A stretch of 64,000 nt of DNA from Fimbriosthenelais zetlandica (taxonomy: Eukaryota). Of the stretch, positions 36,869 through 50,600 are shown in pieces. Position 1 is the first letter of the stretch. The number at the start of each line of letters is the position of its first letter. The stretch lies in contig OZ365111.1 in NCBI GenBank assembly GCA_977030845.1, forward strand, positions 46,376,001 to 46,440,000. Direction: 5' to 3'. The position numbers were made by a program, and so were the translations under genes. The notes below the pieces were generated by a model that saw only the letters and a list, made by a program, of their open reading frames with translations, did not search any database and had not been told where the DNA came from.

Positions 36869-38468
36869 GTGAGTCTGATGTCAGACCTGAATTGACAGAC
36901 TTAGGCCTAGTATAACAAATATCCAGACCAGGGACCTATTTCAAAAGGAAAATTAGCAATGCTAAGTCTATATAATATATATGGCTAATTTTTTAAATGG
37001 GCTCCAGGGCTCATTGAAAAACTGTAGCTATGGGTCAAGCCTATCCATCTGCAGTGTTTTAACTGTGTTTTTAAGTCTGTTCACACAACAGTTCGGTGAG
37101 TTCACAATCCCCACAATGTCTGTTTAGCTATTAAAATTAATTAAATTCCACGAGCTTTCATTGAAGAGCTAACAAACCTACCATATTAGAGGAGTGTATT
37201 ACACTCTCTCCCTCCCCATCTCTATCTCCCTCTCCCTTTGATGTACTATCCAGAATATGCTTGCATAATTATCTCTATAGATTCTCAAACAATACCTAAA
37301 AGTCATAACATTCAATCCCACTCAAATCTCTGATGTGATTTAAAGCCTTTTTTTCACAGAGTAGACACAATGAGGCGGCCAGACACGGATGAACATGGGA
37401 AACATTAAGTGAGAAGCGATGATAAGATCAATCATGTAGGCTATGTGCTTCACTTACCCTCCCATTCACTCTCATGCTAGATCTGGGTTTTTTCCTAAGT
37501 GCTTTGTGAAAAAATGGCTCAATTAAATCCTTGATTCATAAGTGGGTATGCATGTTAGAGGCCGGAGCGCCCTGTAAATGATCAGATAAAGCGCAGCATC
37601 AAAGATAAAGCTACACAAGCAGCTTGACACAGGAATGGCATTCACTTCATAACGAGCATTCCAGAACAGAAACAACGGATGTTGGCAGAAATGCATACAA
37701 TGTCTAATATAATAATACATTGTTTTTAATTCAAGATAAGATCTTTTCTCCTTAAATAAATGCTGAGAAAGGGAAAGAGGACACGATCTGAAGAGTAACA
37801 CTTAGTGTTACACAAGTTTTTTCACATTGTTTTTTTCTGAAATGCAATATTTTTATTGATATTTTAATATATTAAAAATATTCATATTACATACGACTGA
37901 ATTTCTTAGGGAATTATGATGAAATATAAGAAACTGATTAAAATTAAATCCACGGGAAAATATAGTGCATATTCCTTTAATATGAAAGGATTAGGATATC
38001 ATACCAAATGTAGGGGATGCAGTATTTCCTGATACCATAGGATTTAACAATACAAGTGTGGGGGAGACGTATACCACACAGCTGAGTGGTCATGTTACAT
38101 TACATAGCTAAGATAGGCTGCTTACTGTGAGAAGTGCCTTGTCCCCAAGGATATCAAAGACAGTAATTAAAAGTGGCATCTCCTTTAATGACCCATGTAT
38201 ATTGATGAGTGCGGCCCACGGGAGGCAACACGCGGACTGGGCACGGGGAGCCGGGAACAAGTAAAACCAACATTCAACTGTCACACATACAAACAGATGC
38301 GGGGATCTATATCTCAAAGGAACCACCGGTCTCAGATGTCTTACCTATGATCTGGCATTGAGAAAAATCAAATATAGATCTGATACAATGAAGGCTGCTT
38401 TTTCGAGCAAAGGAAACAAGTTTGTGTAGTTATGATATGATAGAAATACAATACTAGAAAGTATGTCT

Positions 38469-38535
38469 GCGATTTTGTTTGCGACACTACCGCGACAAAA
38501 GTTATGCTTGTGTCGTAACGAAAAATGTACCAGTG
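38469..38535 (+). repeat. Dispersed copy of the arm of the 28627-28794 element
   Basis: 37/46 identity to 28627-28672; the continuation (…aaaatgtacc) matches the inner side of the right arm. Confidence 0.65.
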
Positions 38536-39399
38536 GAAAACGGCCTTAAAGCCTTTCACCCTTCAAACACAATTTATAAATTTCATTGCGACACACGCAT
38601 CAATGGAGTCCCGGCTTAATTTTATCGGGGAAAAATTATTTTGAAATTTTAACCTCAAACGTTTTAAAATCATTTAAAGGTGTTTAGCCCTATTAGTGCA
38701 TATATAAAACCATAGTACATGTACCTCGGTGCATTAATATGGTCTGTAAGACCTGGGCCCATGAAGAATTTACACCTGAACGTCTGGAAAATTATGCAAG
38801 GCACAGTGGGGTCTCGTATGCAGTTATTGTGCCCAGATGGGAGTGTCTCAGAGGTAGAGGCTCCACTCACCTTCAGGCTGGTATATTCCATGCACATCTC
38901 TCACAGCTATCAATTGTTAAAGACTGGAGGTGTATAGGAGCCTTGTGAGACTAGTATAAGACTAAAGAGAGTACCGACTGAGTCATGTACATAGCAAGTG
39001 TACAGGTATTACAGGGTTCGGGCGACCCACTTGCCAAATCGCCAATGGCGACAGAACATCTTTTGCCTTATGCCCGGCTCTTAAACCCAATAACCAAGGC
39101 TGGTAGATATACTAGATATTAAAAATTAGTAGACCCATACAAATTTACACCCAGCTCTGAACCCCAATAGTCAAGGCTATTAGATATACTACAATGTCTT
39201 CCTGAGCTACTTATGTGTGAGAGGGAGGGCGAAAGGGGACAAAGGGGAGGGAAGACAGGGGGTGTGGCAGAGAGATTGGCAGAACTTCGGAAAAATGAAA
39301 TTTTTTCTTTTCTTTAACTTTCTTTTGAATTGAGTCAAAAATGTATTTTGGACCTCACCGATTTGCAGAGTTGCACCCTAGCTTGTTTGGGTGTGGTAG

Positions 39400-40490
39400 T
39401 ATACTAGAACACAGCACTTGGGTGATGTTGCCAAGCTGTTACATAACTTACCTGACTAGCAAAGTTTCTGGGTCAAGGTCGTGCAAATGCGACAATTGGA
39501 AGGGATTATGTATCAAGTGTATGCCCAATGGAAAGGTTTATGCATCCAGATTATGTCTCTAGGAATGGATTAGGCATCAAGATAATATCCTTTGGAAAGG
39601 ATTAGGCATCAAGAATTGGCCATCTGTATGGAAGACATGACATTATTGTGAGCTGCCTTATCAGGGGTATGGGTGACAAGTGTAAGATTCCTGACATAAG
39701 TTCATTTGCATATTCATGGGAGAATAATGAGTATTTCCCGGATCATAGGCAGTCGGTATTCTTTCTCTATGTTTTATCACCTGCCAAGTGAGATAAAAGC
39801 AGAAAAGAGAGTTTAACCACACTCTGTTCAACCGGATGACTCGTACAAATAGCTTTGGTTCTGTCTGCGCTTTGTGGAACTCCTCAATAATGCAAGCTTT
39901 CCAATGGTCAACGATATAGCCACAAGGGTCTGCTTGGTTCGCAGGAAATGTACACCAAAGCACTAAAACTAAAATATTCACTCAACAAAGGTCAATTAAT
40001 AAAAAAAAAAAAGAAGGATCAGCAAGTACAATAGATGATAGCTTTGAACCTTGAAGTTGGTCAATTGCTCTTTTCCGCGAAACCAGTAGGAGCTCTCAAT
40101 ACGAGAATTATACCTATTAAAAAGATTATAGATCATTTCAATGTAGCCTATATTATAGGCGTTTTCTGGTACAACTTTGTCAGTGGCAAGGTCACCTTCA
40201 TGAGTTCAGAAACTCCCCAGATACCAGTAAACGACTTCAAACTCTCGAATAAAATTACTGAATGCATTGCGGCAAATCTGTAAGCGATGCAAATGCATGA
40301 AACTAATTTCCTACACTTCCAGCAACCAGTTTCCTCATGGCAGAAAAGGCAAGCACTCAAATTACGGAGAAAAGTAGGGGTGTTTATGTGCTCAGACAAG
40401 CATGAAACGAATAATTGGGTCAGGCGCAAACACGTGGGCAGCAAAACACATGAAAACCTGACTTCAACAAGGCAGTGGGAGCCTTTGAAC
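39400..40490 (-). mobile_element. Decayed CR1/L2-type RT N-terminal remnant
   Basis: KSFTGIWGVSELMK…PLTKLYQ (ORF 40148..40492), then GYIVDHWKACIIEEFHKAQTEPKLFVRVIRL (cf. GxVPxxWKxAxIxPIxKxxDxxxPxNYRPISL; ORF 39661..39981), then DLDPETLLVR (cf. DTVDHxILLxRL). Confidence 0.45.
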
Positions 40491-42498
40491 AAAAGCTCCT
40501 GATGTTACGCTTCAATTACAATTTCCTTTTGTTCCACTCAAGACATTGATGTCTTTTTTTGGGGAGGGCCCACACCAATCTGCCTCCTCTCATAACTCGT
40601 CTCTGCTGTGGCAAGACTCAACAGACGGCTGCTCTTTTCTCTTTTTCAACGGTTAAATCAATTTTGCAAAGGATTTCTCAATTCTGCTCTGGAAGCAATC
40701 TTGGTTGATTGCTTTATTGACTTGAGAGAAAGAGGGTTTGGAAAGAAAGCCATTGACGGTCGACACTCATTCCATTCCTCAGATATTCATACTCAAGTAT
40801 TTTCCCCATTTTTTTGCAACAAAAACAAACAAATAATGTACTTAAATTTTGGGGAAAACTCAGAAATGATTCTTTTGTAAGTTTTTCTCTCCCCTTTTTC
40901 TTCTTCTTGCTATTGCAACTCTTGCACATATTGTCAATGAACCTCAGGTCAATGAATTTGATGGAATGGAAATAATTCCCCATTGTTCCGGTAATCTTGG
41001 ACAAAGACTCTTTCAATGCCGACATACTTGAGATACCTATTTAAGTACAAATAAATCAGCGGGTCTATCTGACTCTCTCAACATTTGCTTTTCCTTTTTG
41101 AGCTATTATTTCTGACACATTGATATTGCCCGGCTACTAAAGGCCCAGATAGCTGGGTGGGATAAATCACTACGTCGTGTTCGTGAATGTAATTTAAAAA
41201 TCCAATAGTAAACCGGGGGTCTATGCTCTATTATCTACAGCGGGAGCCATGGGCCGCATGTCATATGTCATATTAGCCGAGCCAAGGGGAGACAACGTGT
41301 GCTGTGTATTAATATCAAAGAAAGCGAGAGAGAAATGGGACTGGCGAGGCTATGCCAGCAATGCTGGCTGCCATCCTTCAGGCTTATCTAGCCAATAAAT
41401 GACAAGGGGGGCTTTCTCTAAGAAGAGGACCGTGTTCTCTCTGCTTGGACAACGCTTTGCGGATGTGGCAGTGGAAATATGGCTCGGCCGCTCTGTGGAC
41501 AGATAGCAGGCGCCTTCCTACCAGCTTTGTCAAAGGCCATTGGCGCAGCTATCAGATAGCAAGACATTTAGGGGTGGGTGGTGGGTACGGGGGAATGGAT
41601 TGGGAATAGGGGGTGGGACCTGAGCGGGGAGGGAGATATGAAAAGCTTGCAAGGAAAGGGATAGCATTGATGGAGCATCCTTTAAAAGAGGGAGAGATCA
41701 AGAAAAGCATTGCTAACTTGTGACTAATACCACTGGGGCAACATCCCTTACGATGGGTAAATGCCACCACAAGTATTGGCTCTGGGTCCGAGAACAATTA
41801 TTTATGATTTTAGGGATGACAAGGGGAGAAATATGGGCCTCGATTGTTGTTTTGCTCCCTGAAGACGGCCAGGCTTGGTATGCGGAATGTGAAGGACAAG
41901 AATGAAGGGTCAGGGAAAGGGCAGGGAAGTGTGATCCTAGTGGGGCTTTAGCCTTTCTCTTTCCTATCCAACCCTATGTAGGCAGGTCTCTCATGTGACT
42001 CTACAGACACATTTGTTCGGTGCAAGTAGCATAAGGAAAGGCCATTTCACAGCATAATGGCCACGAGCAAAGAAAGGGATAGAACACAAAAGTAAGCGTT
42101 GGGAGTGACATTGAATTTTAAAACATGGGAAAGCAAAGAAAAAATGGGACAGATATGATGAAGGGTGTAAATGGATTCAGATGATAATATTGCAAAGGAT
42201 TGTATGATAAAATAGGAAAATTATTCCAGATTCAATACAATTGGAATATAGATCTGGGATCTGCTTTAGGCAACAAGTACAAAGATACCATGCAAGATAT
42301 TCACTTGGTGAGCAAGCATGAGCAGTACATGGCCAATATGGAGGTGCTCTTTGGTATGCCGTGTGGCTTCCCTAATAAATGTTTCCTACAGAGAAACACA
42401 AGCGGGGTGCATACCGTGCTAGCACTTTGAAGACATAAGTCCACTTCCTGACTCTGACTACTTTCTGAGTCTCTCTCAATCTCCCTCTATATTTTAGT

Positions 42499-42530
<32 letters not shown>
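42499..42530. repeat. (CT)n microsatellite
   Basis: Direct inspection. Confidence 0.95.
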
Positions 42531-42532
<2 letters not shown>

Positions 42533-43419
42533 TGCTGCTTTAACAACATTGGTCTAGGAAGCAGATGGTGCGGTAAGGTTAGCGTGATGGGCAGGGCCGG
42601 CTTGGGTAAATATTTAAACACTTCTGGACACAGAGCCAGACTTGGGACCTTTGTGAACACCTTGCCTGCATGTAATAGACACTTGCCCCATCCTGCTTCC
42701 AAACACAGAATGACTACAGTTTCAAGCAAGCACAACCTTCCGTCCAGCTCTGTACAACCTAGGAATTCAATGGGTGAAGTCAATGTGCATTCACCGCGAG
42801 GCAAACATTATGATGTGCATCTGTTGACAAAGGCAAGAAGTGCGGATAATAAATGCGAGATACAGAAGTTGCCAGGGATGGATTACATAGTGAAGTCAGG
42901 TCGATAAAGCTGATCACATTGCGGGAGATGCAAGCATTAGTTATGTTACCTGTTTCATGTATCATGGCAAAAGTAACCACAGAGGAAGCAAAGTAATGGG
43001 AAGCCATTATGTGGATGGGAAGAGGGAACGTGATATATATGTGATTCTGTGAGAAGTAGCTAAAAGGCTTATGCCTCTCACATTCCTCACAAACATATAT
43101 ATATGAAATGGATGTTATACAAAAAAAACTATTTAGTTAACTGCCTGGTCACACAATAATACGGATATTTGTGTTGCGGCAAAATGGATGGAAGTGCTAA
43201 TGTGAATTATCATGCGGACATGAAAGCATTACTATAGGTCAAGACCATGTCTCGTTTGCAGTTTGGCATGATAATGTTTTTGAGAAACACGCGTAAAAGA
43301 ATCTTTTACTGCCGGAAAAAGGTGGTGAGAATCCCCCCTGACTACATTTTCAGTCTAACGTCATGCAGTCAGGGGCGTTTTAGCTATTCAGATTAGGAGA
43401 GTAGAGTGAACATAGTGCT

Positions 43420-43665
43420 GGAACAAGACACCCCCGGCCCACCATTTTTGACGCCGTGATCGTTTTAAATATTCCTTTACACGCACCAATATACATGCAG
43501 GAAGGACAGGGCGCGGCCATCCCCCCCGCTCCCGGCAGGCGAACACAGGAAACCAATTGACCAATGACACATGATCGCTATCCAATGGCTCCTTTCCAAA
43601 GGTGGTTGTCCTCTGAAAGGCAGTGGGGTGTGCCTTGAATGAATAAAATTCCAATCTCGCCCCGT
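43420..43665. promoter_or_regulatory. CpG-enriched block with five CCAAT motifs
   Basis: CCAAT at 43486, 43553, 43561, 43582 and 43651, with a GC-rich core gggcgcggcc…cccgctcccggc. Confidence 0.35.
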
Positions 43666-43884
43666 GTTGCAATATGGATATGCAACAGAGGATGGCTTTA
43701 CACTTATGCCGCTGTATTCAGTCGTGAAAGAGTACAACAGAATGGGAGGCGACCCTAGCACCAGGTTTTAAGTGCAATGCAGCAGGCTTGAGTATGAACT
43801 GCTATAGCAAACTGGTATACCGCCTGTATAAGGCATGCATTAGAAATTACTTTAAGAGGCTCAGACATCCCATGGACGCAATTG

Positions 43885-44340
43885 TTATGAGGCACAGCGC
43901 ACAATGAAGACAAGATTGAACAACTTAAAGAAGACCAATACTGATAGTCTCAATTGTTTGATACATGCGTCAGCAGCGAAGAGCGAAGTTTTAAAAAAGC
44001 CCAAGGTGAAAACGGGAATTGAGCTGGGAAATTGAGCACGCAAGGCAGGGATGTGTGAGAAACAGATTGAAAACAAAGAAAAGGGAACAAGCGAAGCTGG
44101 TGGTAAAAGCAGAGATAGAACAGAGCACTTCATTAACCCGACAACCAAAAGTAGGAATTGTTTCTTTCTCAAGTGACATCCATAGAACCTCCGGTATTGG
44201 GGGAATGAGGGAGGGTATTGAATCAGCATCCTGAAATGGGTCCTTTATAGAACTCTCCTTGAATGGACTAATAAATATGCTGCCAATCAAATCACATGGG
44301 ATGCACTGAAGTGTTTCTCCCACTGAAGGGTCTACGACAA
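43885..44340 (-). mobile_element. Decayed CR1/L2-type pre-RT remnant
   Basis: IPEVLWMSLEK…VLCSISAFTTSFACSLFFVFNLFL (ORF 43991..44323) continues after a frameshift as IPVFTLG (cf. VPVFKKG; ORF 43885..44229). Confidence 0.4.
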
Positions 44341-45879
44341 GGACCTAAAATTGAGTGAATGGGAAAATAGACAATGGAAGAAATTAATCCATGCATGTTC
44401 CCTGAATTATTACCACCGTTTATTTCTGAATGTTATTCCAATGAATTAATACAATCAAAAACTACCGGTGTATGGAAATGAATAGGTTTCATTTTGCGTA
44501 AAATTTCAATTTATGTTAATGGTTAAATCAACAGAAAATTATATTTTAATTATAATCAATATTGTCAACGGTATGGACAAGCGGTAAGGAAGTTTCCTTT
44601 GGAAACCATTGCTTCAAGTCATTAATATTTTGGAAAATGGAAATTAGCCAGGGGGATCTGAAGTTGATTCCGCTGGTTGAGCGATATTTTGAGACCAAAA
44701 GCACCGTTGTCAAATATTTAGGAACACCTCCAAAGGAAATATTGGATGCTTGAAATTAATGAAATAAAACAGGCAACACAAATAGCTATCAGCAAGCGCC
44801 ATACCTCCCTCCAGCCATGGTTCAGCCATCCCGAAAATAACTTGTTCACTTAATATGATATTGTCTTTAGGTGACAGTAAGCTCATTGGAGTTGACGATG
44901 CATGGGGACGGGGTGAAACCTAATTGGTAAGCCCGTCTGGTTCAATACATGCAGGACCAAGCAAATTGTTCATAGACTGAAAACGGATCCAAGTTTGGAG
45001 GGCTGGCAATGAATCCTTCCTAAATGTGATAGTGGGGGGAATTGACAGTTCTTGGAGGGAGAAGCAATGACAGGCATTGAGTTAGAGGCACCCTCCCATC
45101 ATCCGCCAGCAAGAGCAATGAATTATCCACCTAGTTGAATTTCAAATTTAATTACCGCTGCCATTCATTGCTGATCCAACTGCATAATATCTTAAAGGGA
45201 AAAGGAGCGGAGGTAGCGGGATAGTGCTAATTGCAGGCGCCCATGTTTGCATCCTAAGTCAGTTGTTTTAAGCTTAGCACCCGCAGGAAAATGTTTCAGG
45301 AAAGTTGAAAGTGTGGCGGTTGGGGGGGGGGGGGGTGATAGGAATACTTATAGGTGAAAAGGAGGGGCCGACCCCCTGAACCCACCTGTCTGTCTCTGAT
45401 TTGCAATTCGCGAATTCGAAACTTTCATTTTTTAATCCAGGAAATGGGAAAATGTGGAAATAGAGAGGCCACCTAGTCTGGCAAGAATTTGCCAATAAGC
45501 CGAGGGCATTTTCTTTCTTCAATCAATTACAGATGGTCATTTTCATTTCTGATGGGTGTTTTGTCTCACTGTCTTCAAAAGTAAGTTTGAGTTTCAATCC
45601 ACAGAGGGATCAGACATTCATTGCAGTAGGATGTACAGATGATAAGTGAATCCTGCAGTACTCCAAATACAACCAAATCAAACCGCTTATGAAATTTGTT
45701 TCTTTGAGCAAAATTCTATTTCTGCTAAAGCTTTTTGCTATAAACATAATATTAAGATTCTTCTTTATATATGGTATATGGCACCATAATATATTGAATA
45801 TCAAACTTTTAAGTCTCCAACAAATCTTTTGAGTGAAGTTGAAAACCAAGCTAACTGTAAACATGGTCTGAAAGCGGGG

Positions 45880-47900
45880 TAAGTAGTATAGGGACCCTGA
45901 CGTTTTAATCGGGGGAACAGCGGGCCCTAGTTGTCTATGGAAATTGACCAGAGTGGCAGGCTTGTTTCAAAATCCTTGTCCAATCGCCAAAGCATTTTCA
46001 AACAGACCAGATGAAAATATTCTTCTGAGGGGATGGAATCGGAAGAGTCAAAAGCTTAAACGGGTGGGGGTGGAATATGACTATCTAGCACCGCATCTGT
46101 AGCGTACATCTGAGGTGTCAGCTGAGGTCAATGTATGAATGACTCTCTCCATTTGGCCTGTCATAAGCGGAGTAAGCAGACTTGTGACAGGTTGCTCGAT
46201 GCATCTGGTCGTGGCGGTAAACTGCGTGTGTGGTAGAGACGGTGATAAGGTAGTGGAGGGGGTAAGGGAGTTGGAAGAGGAGATAGGCAGAGGAATATGG
46301 GCAGGAGTCTGGACTGAACAGATAAGAATCCACTCACTTTCTCCCCATGCTCTCAGTTAGAGCAGAAACTTCCCTACTCTAAGTGTTCGGCAATTTTCAA
46401 AGCTTACCACAGTATTGCCACGAGGTTTAGCAAGTGATTCCAATTCTCATCAAATCATCTCCACATATAATAGTTACTGTGTATTTTCAGAGCAATTTTA
46501 AGCACTACCCTCATTGAAACAAGTGAGCAGAGTCATTATTAATTCTAGAATAATATATGAGATGCTGGCGTACCACCTCACATTGTGGGTGACACGACTC
46601 TGCCTTTTGGATGAATGTTGTATTTATATGATTCTTGCTAGAAGTTAAAAGAATGCCCATTGTAGTCTATTTGAATAATCTCCTAGGCATTCAGAGATAA
46701 ACTGAACTACCACACACATCTGCGATCAACTAACAATGCAAAAACTGATCAAAATTGATCACAAACCATTTCCAGTACTTATCAGAATATGATTCATATT
46801 ATTTTTATGATATATAACATGGAAGGAGTTGAATAGAGGCTGTCTGGAGATGTTACAACAATCGTGCTTCCAGCAGAACGCACCCAGCTCAACATGAAAG
46901 GCAAACATCAAAGCTCAACTACACTCGTTTCACCTGCACGCCAAACATAGACGAAGACAGGCCTTTGATGCTATATAAATCAATATATGTACATATCAAT
47001 GTCTTCCTTAAATCATGTTATATGTGATCGATCTCCATACCAAAAAATATTCAGTCCGCTGATGTTGGTAAAACATTGATCAAACTGTTTGAAATTGTTT
47101 GTATACATGTATTTTGTGGCATTTTCAAAGCAATGTATTTAATAGTAAAATGTACGGATTAACAAGGGGATGGTGAATCACGAAATGGGCAATAATTTAA
47201 GGCTTCCGTTCCTGTGAAAGCAGTGGTGTAATTGGAAAAAAACCTGGGAGAGATTCTTGGGTGTAAAAGTGTCTCTTCCCCTACAAATCTTACACCCAAC
47301 AGTTTGTTTCTTTCAGGCGGTTTCTTCAATGAATGAGGCCTCTTCAAATGGCAAGCAGAGTGCTTAGGTGAATGCCTTTCACTTAATGCCACAAGGAAGT
47401 GTGTCATTCATCATTATATATCGTGCCAACACTGCAGCTAAAGCCTGACCAGGGATTGAAAAGGGCGAGCCAGTCAGACAGTGATCATTCCCGACTAAAA
47501 GAAAGTCCATCAATTATCAATGCCGGAGGAGAATGGGCCCTTGGCGACTGCAGCAATGAGCAAAGGTCTAATTTAAGATGTGTCAATTCATTACTTTCCT
47601 TCATCCAACAGAGGAAGAAGCTAGCACTGGTGCTTTTCAAGTTTGGATGTGGATAGAAATTCAGGTGTTCAGGCGATAGGCAGGTGCAAGGTGTAAATAT
47701 ATCTAGTATGTTTTCTCAGATGGTGCTGCATTGCAATGAGAGTGACCAATGGCTTGGACCACCACAGAGCATGGTGAGTCCCTCTTGATGTAGCACTTGG
47801 CCTGTTGAGAGTAACTCGGTTGACCGACAAAGGGACACTAAAGGAGGGTGGATTTGATGTGGTGGGGTATCAATAGGCGGTGAGTATCACAGAAGTACAC
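45880..47900 (-). mobile_element. Fragmented LINE: endonuclease (47900-47640) and pre-RT (46330-45880) pieces with intervening DNA
   Basis: ENILDIFT at 47715-47692 (cf. NILDLxxT), then SGQFP at 45952-45938 followed by AVPPIK (cf. SGxFPxxxKxAxVxPIxK). Confidence 0.35.
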
Positions 47901-48279
47901 GCCCTCAGTGACCTGATCTGGTAACTTTACATTACATTCTGATTTACAGTCTTTGCTTTCTTAGATCTGACCACATTACTTAGTGTTCTGCTGAATGAAT
48001 CAATGATAAAATCTTGGTCAGTCTTAATGGTCGTTCCCACAGAAATAAATCAGTCCGCTAATAAAAGCTGCGTGTAAATTTACACTATACATGTGAAGCA
48101 AGGTCGATCGGGTCAATTATCTATAGCAAGCAATAGAGAAATTACAAAGCAAAGTTGCATTTTATTTTAAGATGCCTGTTATTGCAACCATGTCTTGGCC
48201 GGCGACATATATTGCAGTCAGCCATTGGACATCCCCTTTAGAGACCCAAGCCTTGCACATACTGCAGTTTTACGATGAC

Positions 48280-49520
48280 ATTTACGGCAAACGAGTATTA
48301 GTCATAAACAAGGTTACATGGCCTAAACATATTAGCATGGCCCTTACATGCTCCTTAATGTGCAATGTGTGATTTATGGGGTATCCGTGTAGGTGTCCCC
48401 GACCTGTTAGCGAGCCCTTCTCGGCCATGTTCATTGACCTTTGCTGCCATGCCTTCCGCGAGGCAAGGTGAAAAGCACCTCTCACTTCGGGCGGGCCAGC
48501 ATATAATATGATGGACAAGGGTATTCTTTCATCTCACTCACGTCAACCTTATATCTCAATTAAGCAGTGAGGGAGACTGCAACATTTCCCTTTAGACCAT
48601 CAGAGGCGACGGAGAGGGACTTGAAACATTTTTCTCAATTAGTGTTTAAGGCCTTGACGCTTGAATAGTTCTACTCTTATGTTATCCACGGCCATTTGGT
48701 GTCCCATGAGTGTTTCCCGCCGGTCCGTTATCGTTAAGAAAGGGGGAGGTATATTTTAGTATGCAGGAAAGTCGCTTTCAGAAATTTAGTGTCCCTTTAT
48801 TATGTATAGTATAAAATTCGATGAAACGTCCTGGGAAAATATTTTTTTTAATATCTTTCAAGGGTATGGGATCCAATTGAGACAATGCAACATAATAGGT
48901 TTTAAAAATATGCGGTAGTGGTTAACATAGAAATTGGGAAGGCCACAGATTGTCAGTTGTAACGGAATAGCCCAACAACATTTAGCATTAGATCCGGTCA
49001 TCGGGACATTGGTTTTGTCGAATCATGGATACAAGAAAGAACAAATGCTAAATCTATGCAAAGTCATATGTAGAGATACGACAAAACGTTGTAAAGGAGG
49101 TAGAATCAATCCTATAGGATATATATCAATTGGGAGGTGAAAGGCAGCAGGGTTCACAGCCTTGGCTCATGGCAACGAAGGTAGCAATCGATTAGCCGAG
49201 AGCCAAGAGAGATCAATCAAATCCCGAGGAATAACTCAAGGCACTTCTCCATCTCCTTCTTCTCTTCTCAAGGCTCCACACATCTTTTATTACAGTAGTG
49301 TACTCTAAGATCTTGCCAAGCCCTTTCTTGACCCTAGCCTGACCAAAGCCAGCAAGGCCCTGACCAGTATATAGCATGTGTAAGCAGTGGGTGTGGCTAT
49401 CTGGCCGGTAGAGCATTGAGAAAGGGAAACATCTGCTAGACAATGCATCCGCTCTGTAATTGGGGTGGTACACCCCGAGGCTAGAGGAGGAATGATAAAC
49501 ACTGCTAATACTCCACGCCA
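48280..49520 (-). mobile_element. Possible L2-type RT remnant
   Basis: LYRPDSH…AGFGQAR…VIKDV (ORF 49213..49524; cf. NYRPIS…QxGFR…VxxDI), then PLSIILYAGP…FHLAS (ORF 48282..48518). Confidence 0.3.
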
Positions 49521-50399
49521 ACATGAGCTTTACAATAGCACAGCTGAAGGCTTGACCGAGTTAACTTGAGTTTTACTCCTGAACACAAAGTGTCGCAGAC
49601 TATAGGCAGTCTAAGAGCAGTATAAGTGGGTCTTGATGTTCTATGGAAAGGGTCATGCACATGGCAGGAGGTAAATGGTTCCCTAAGACAGAAGAATCTG
49701 TTTTATGTTGAGGTTATTGGTTAGTTGCTAGTAGTTGTAATACCTTTGTTTATTTCCACCGTGGCCTGGTATGGGAAGCAGCGGTATAGAGAAAATGGAA
49801 TTGCTAGAAGTCGGCTGATGGATTCATGGCACGAAGAACGTATGGTAAAGAATGATAGAATGGCTTATAGTTAGCCCAATAGGTGCATGGTCTATTACCA
49901 TTGTTGAAGGCAATCAAGGCTCCCAGGTGAGGTGCTGATTTTTATTAATGCTTATATATCTGAATAGGGTTCATGGGTGTCCGTTATGCGCGTTTTGCGG
50001 AATGGGAATTATACAAATTGTCAATCAGTCTAGGGAGGTATAGAGAAGTCTATAACTACATGTACATGTATATACCCATTTTAGAATTGAATTTCACTAA
50101 GACAATGGATAAAGCAAGTTCAGTTGTAGTAACTTGTACAAACTTTCTATTGTGTGTTGACAAGGAACTTGAAATCAACAGTTTCCTTTAATACTTTTAC
50201 AGAGCTTTCTACCTCCTTCCTCGAAGCAGAAACCCGCACAAACAAACTTTCTTATTAAGAAATAAAGAGCTTTTGGAATGCATCTTTCACAACCATCCCT
50301 CAGATGATGACAATTCGCCCGTGATATGAACTCAATTTTCACTTGAGAAACAGACAACTTGTCAGCGTAACATGGTCACAATTTACGTTGAACGTCAGA

Positions 50400-50600
50400 A
50401 ATTGCACCAAAAATGTCTGGCAGACTCCTTTTTACCTAACTTTAAGGAGAGAGAATTGTCAGGTTTCCTGTTGCCAGGAGAAATAATGGAGTTAATAATG
50501 TCATGGATCCAAACTGTAATCGATCCTGAGAAGGGACACCCTCAAGGAAGCTCAGTCAATATACACACAAATATGACTGTTGTCACAGTTTCTTATTCAA
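50400..50600 (+). mobile_element. Possible LINE RT remnant
   Basis: LIMSWIQTVI…KGHPQGSS resembles LLxWIxSxL…SGVPQGS (ORF 50372..50626). Confidence 0.3.

Noticed and set aside
39438-39447. Perfect PAR-bZIP D-box GTTACATAAC suggesting a clock-controlled locus
   Set aside because: A single site inside a LINE remnant; not enough for a circadian claim.
39661-39981. Apparent exon LWCTFPANQADP…
   Set aside because: Matches the LINE WKxA…RPISL region and lacks a strong donor. The perfect donor at 39451 also lies in the same fossil.
42786-42800. 12-nt complement to the 3' part of miR-124; also a miR-216-like 11-mer near 3763
   Set aside because: No seed match and no precursor hairpin; compatible with chance.
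42584-42907. ORF with GHRARLGT…HYDV resembling PQGSxLGP…YADD
   Set aside because: Spacing between the motifs is about twice that of real RTs.
43991-44343. Apparent exon VLVVDPSVGETLQCIPCDL…
   Set aside because: Entered in phase 0 (phase 1 hits a stop), has no good donor, and reads better as a frameshifted LINE pre-RT region.
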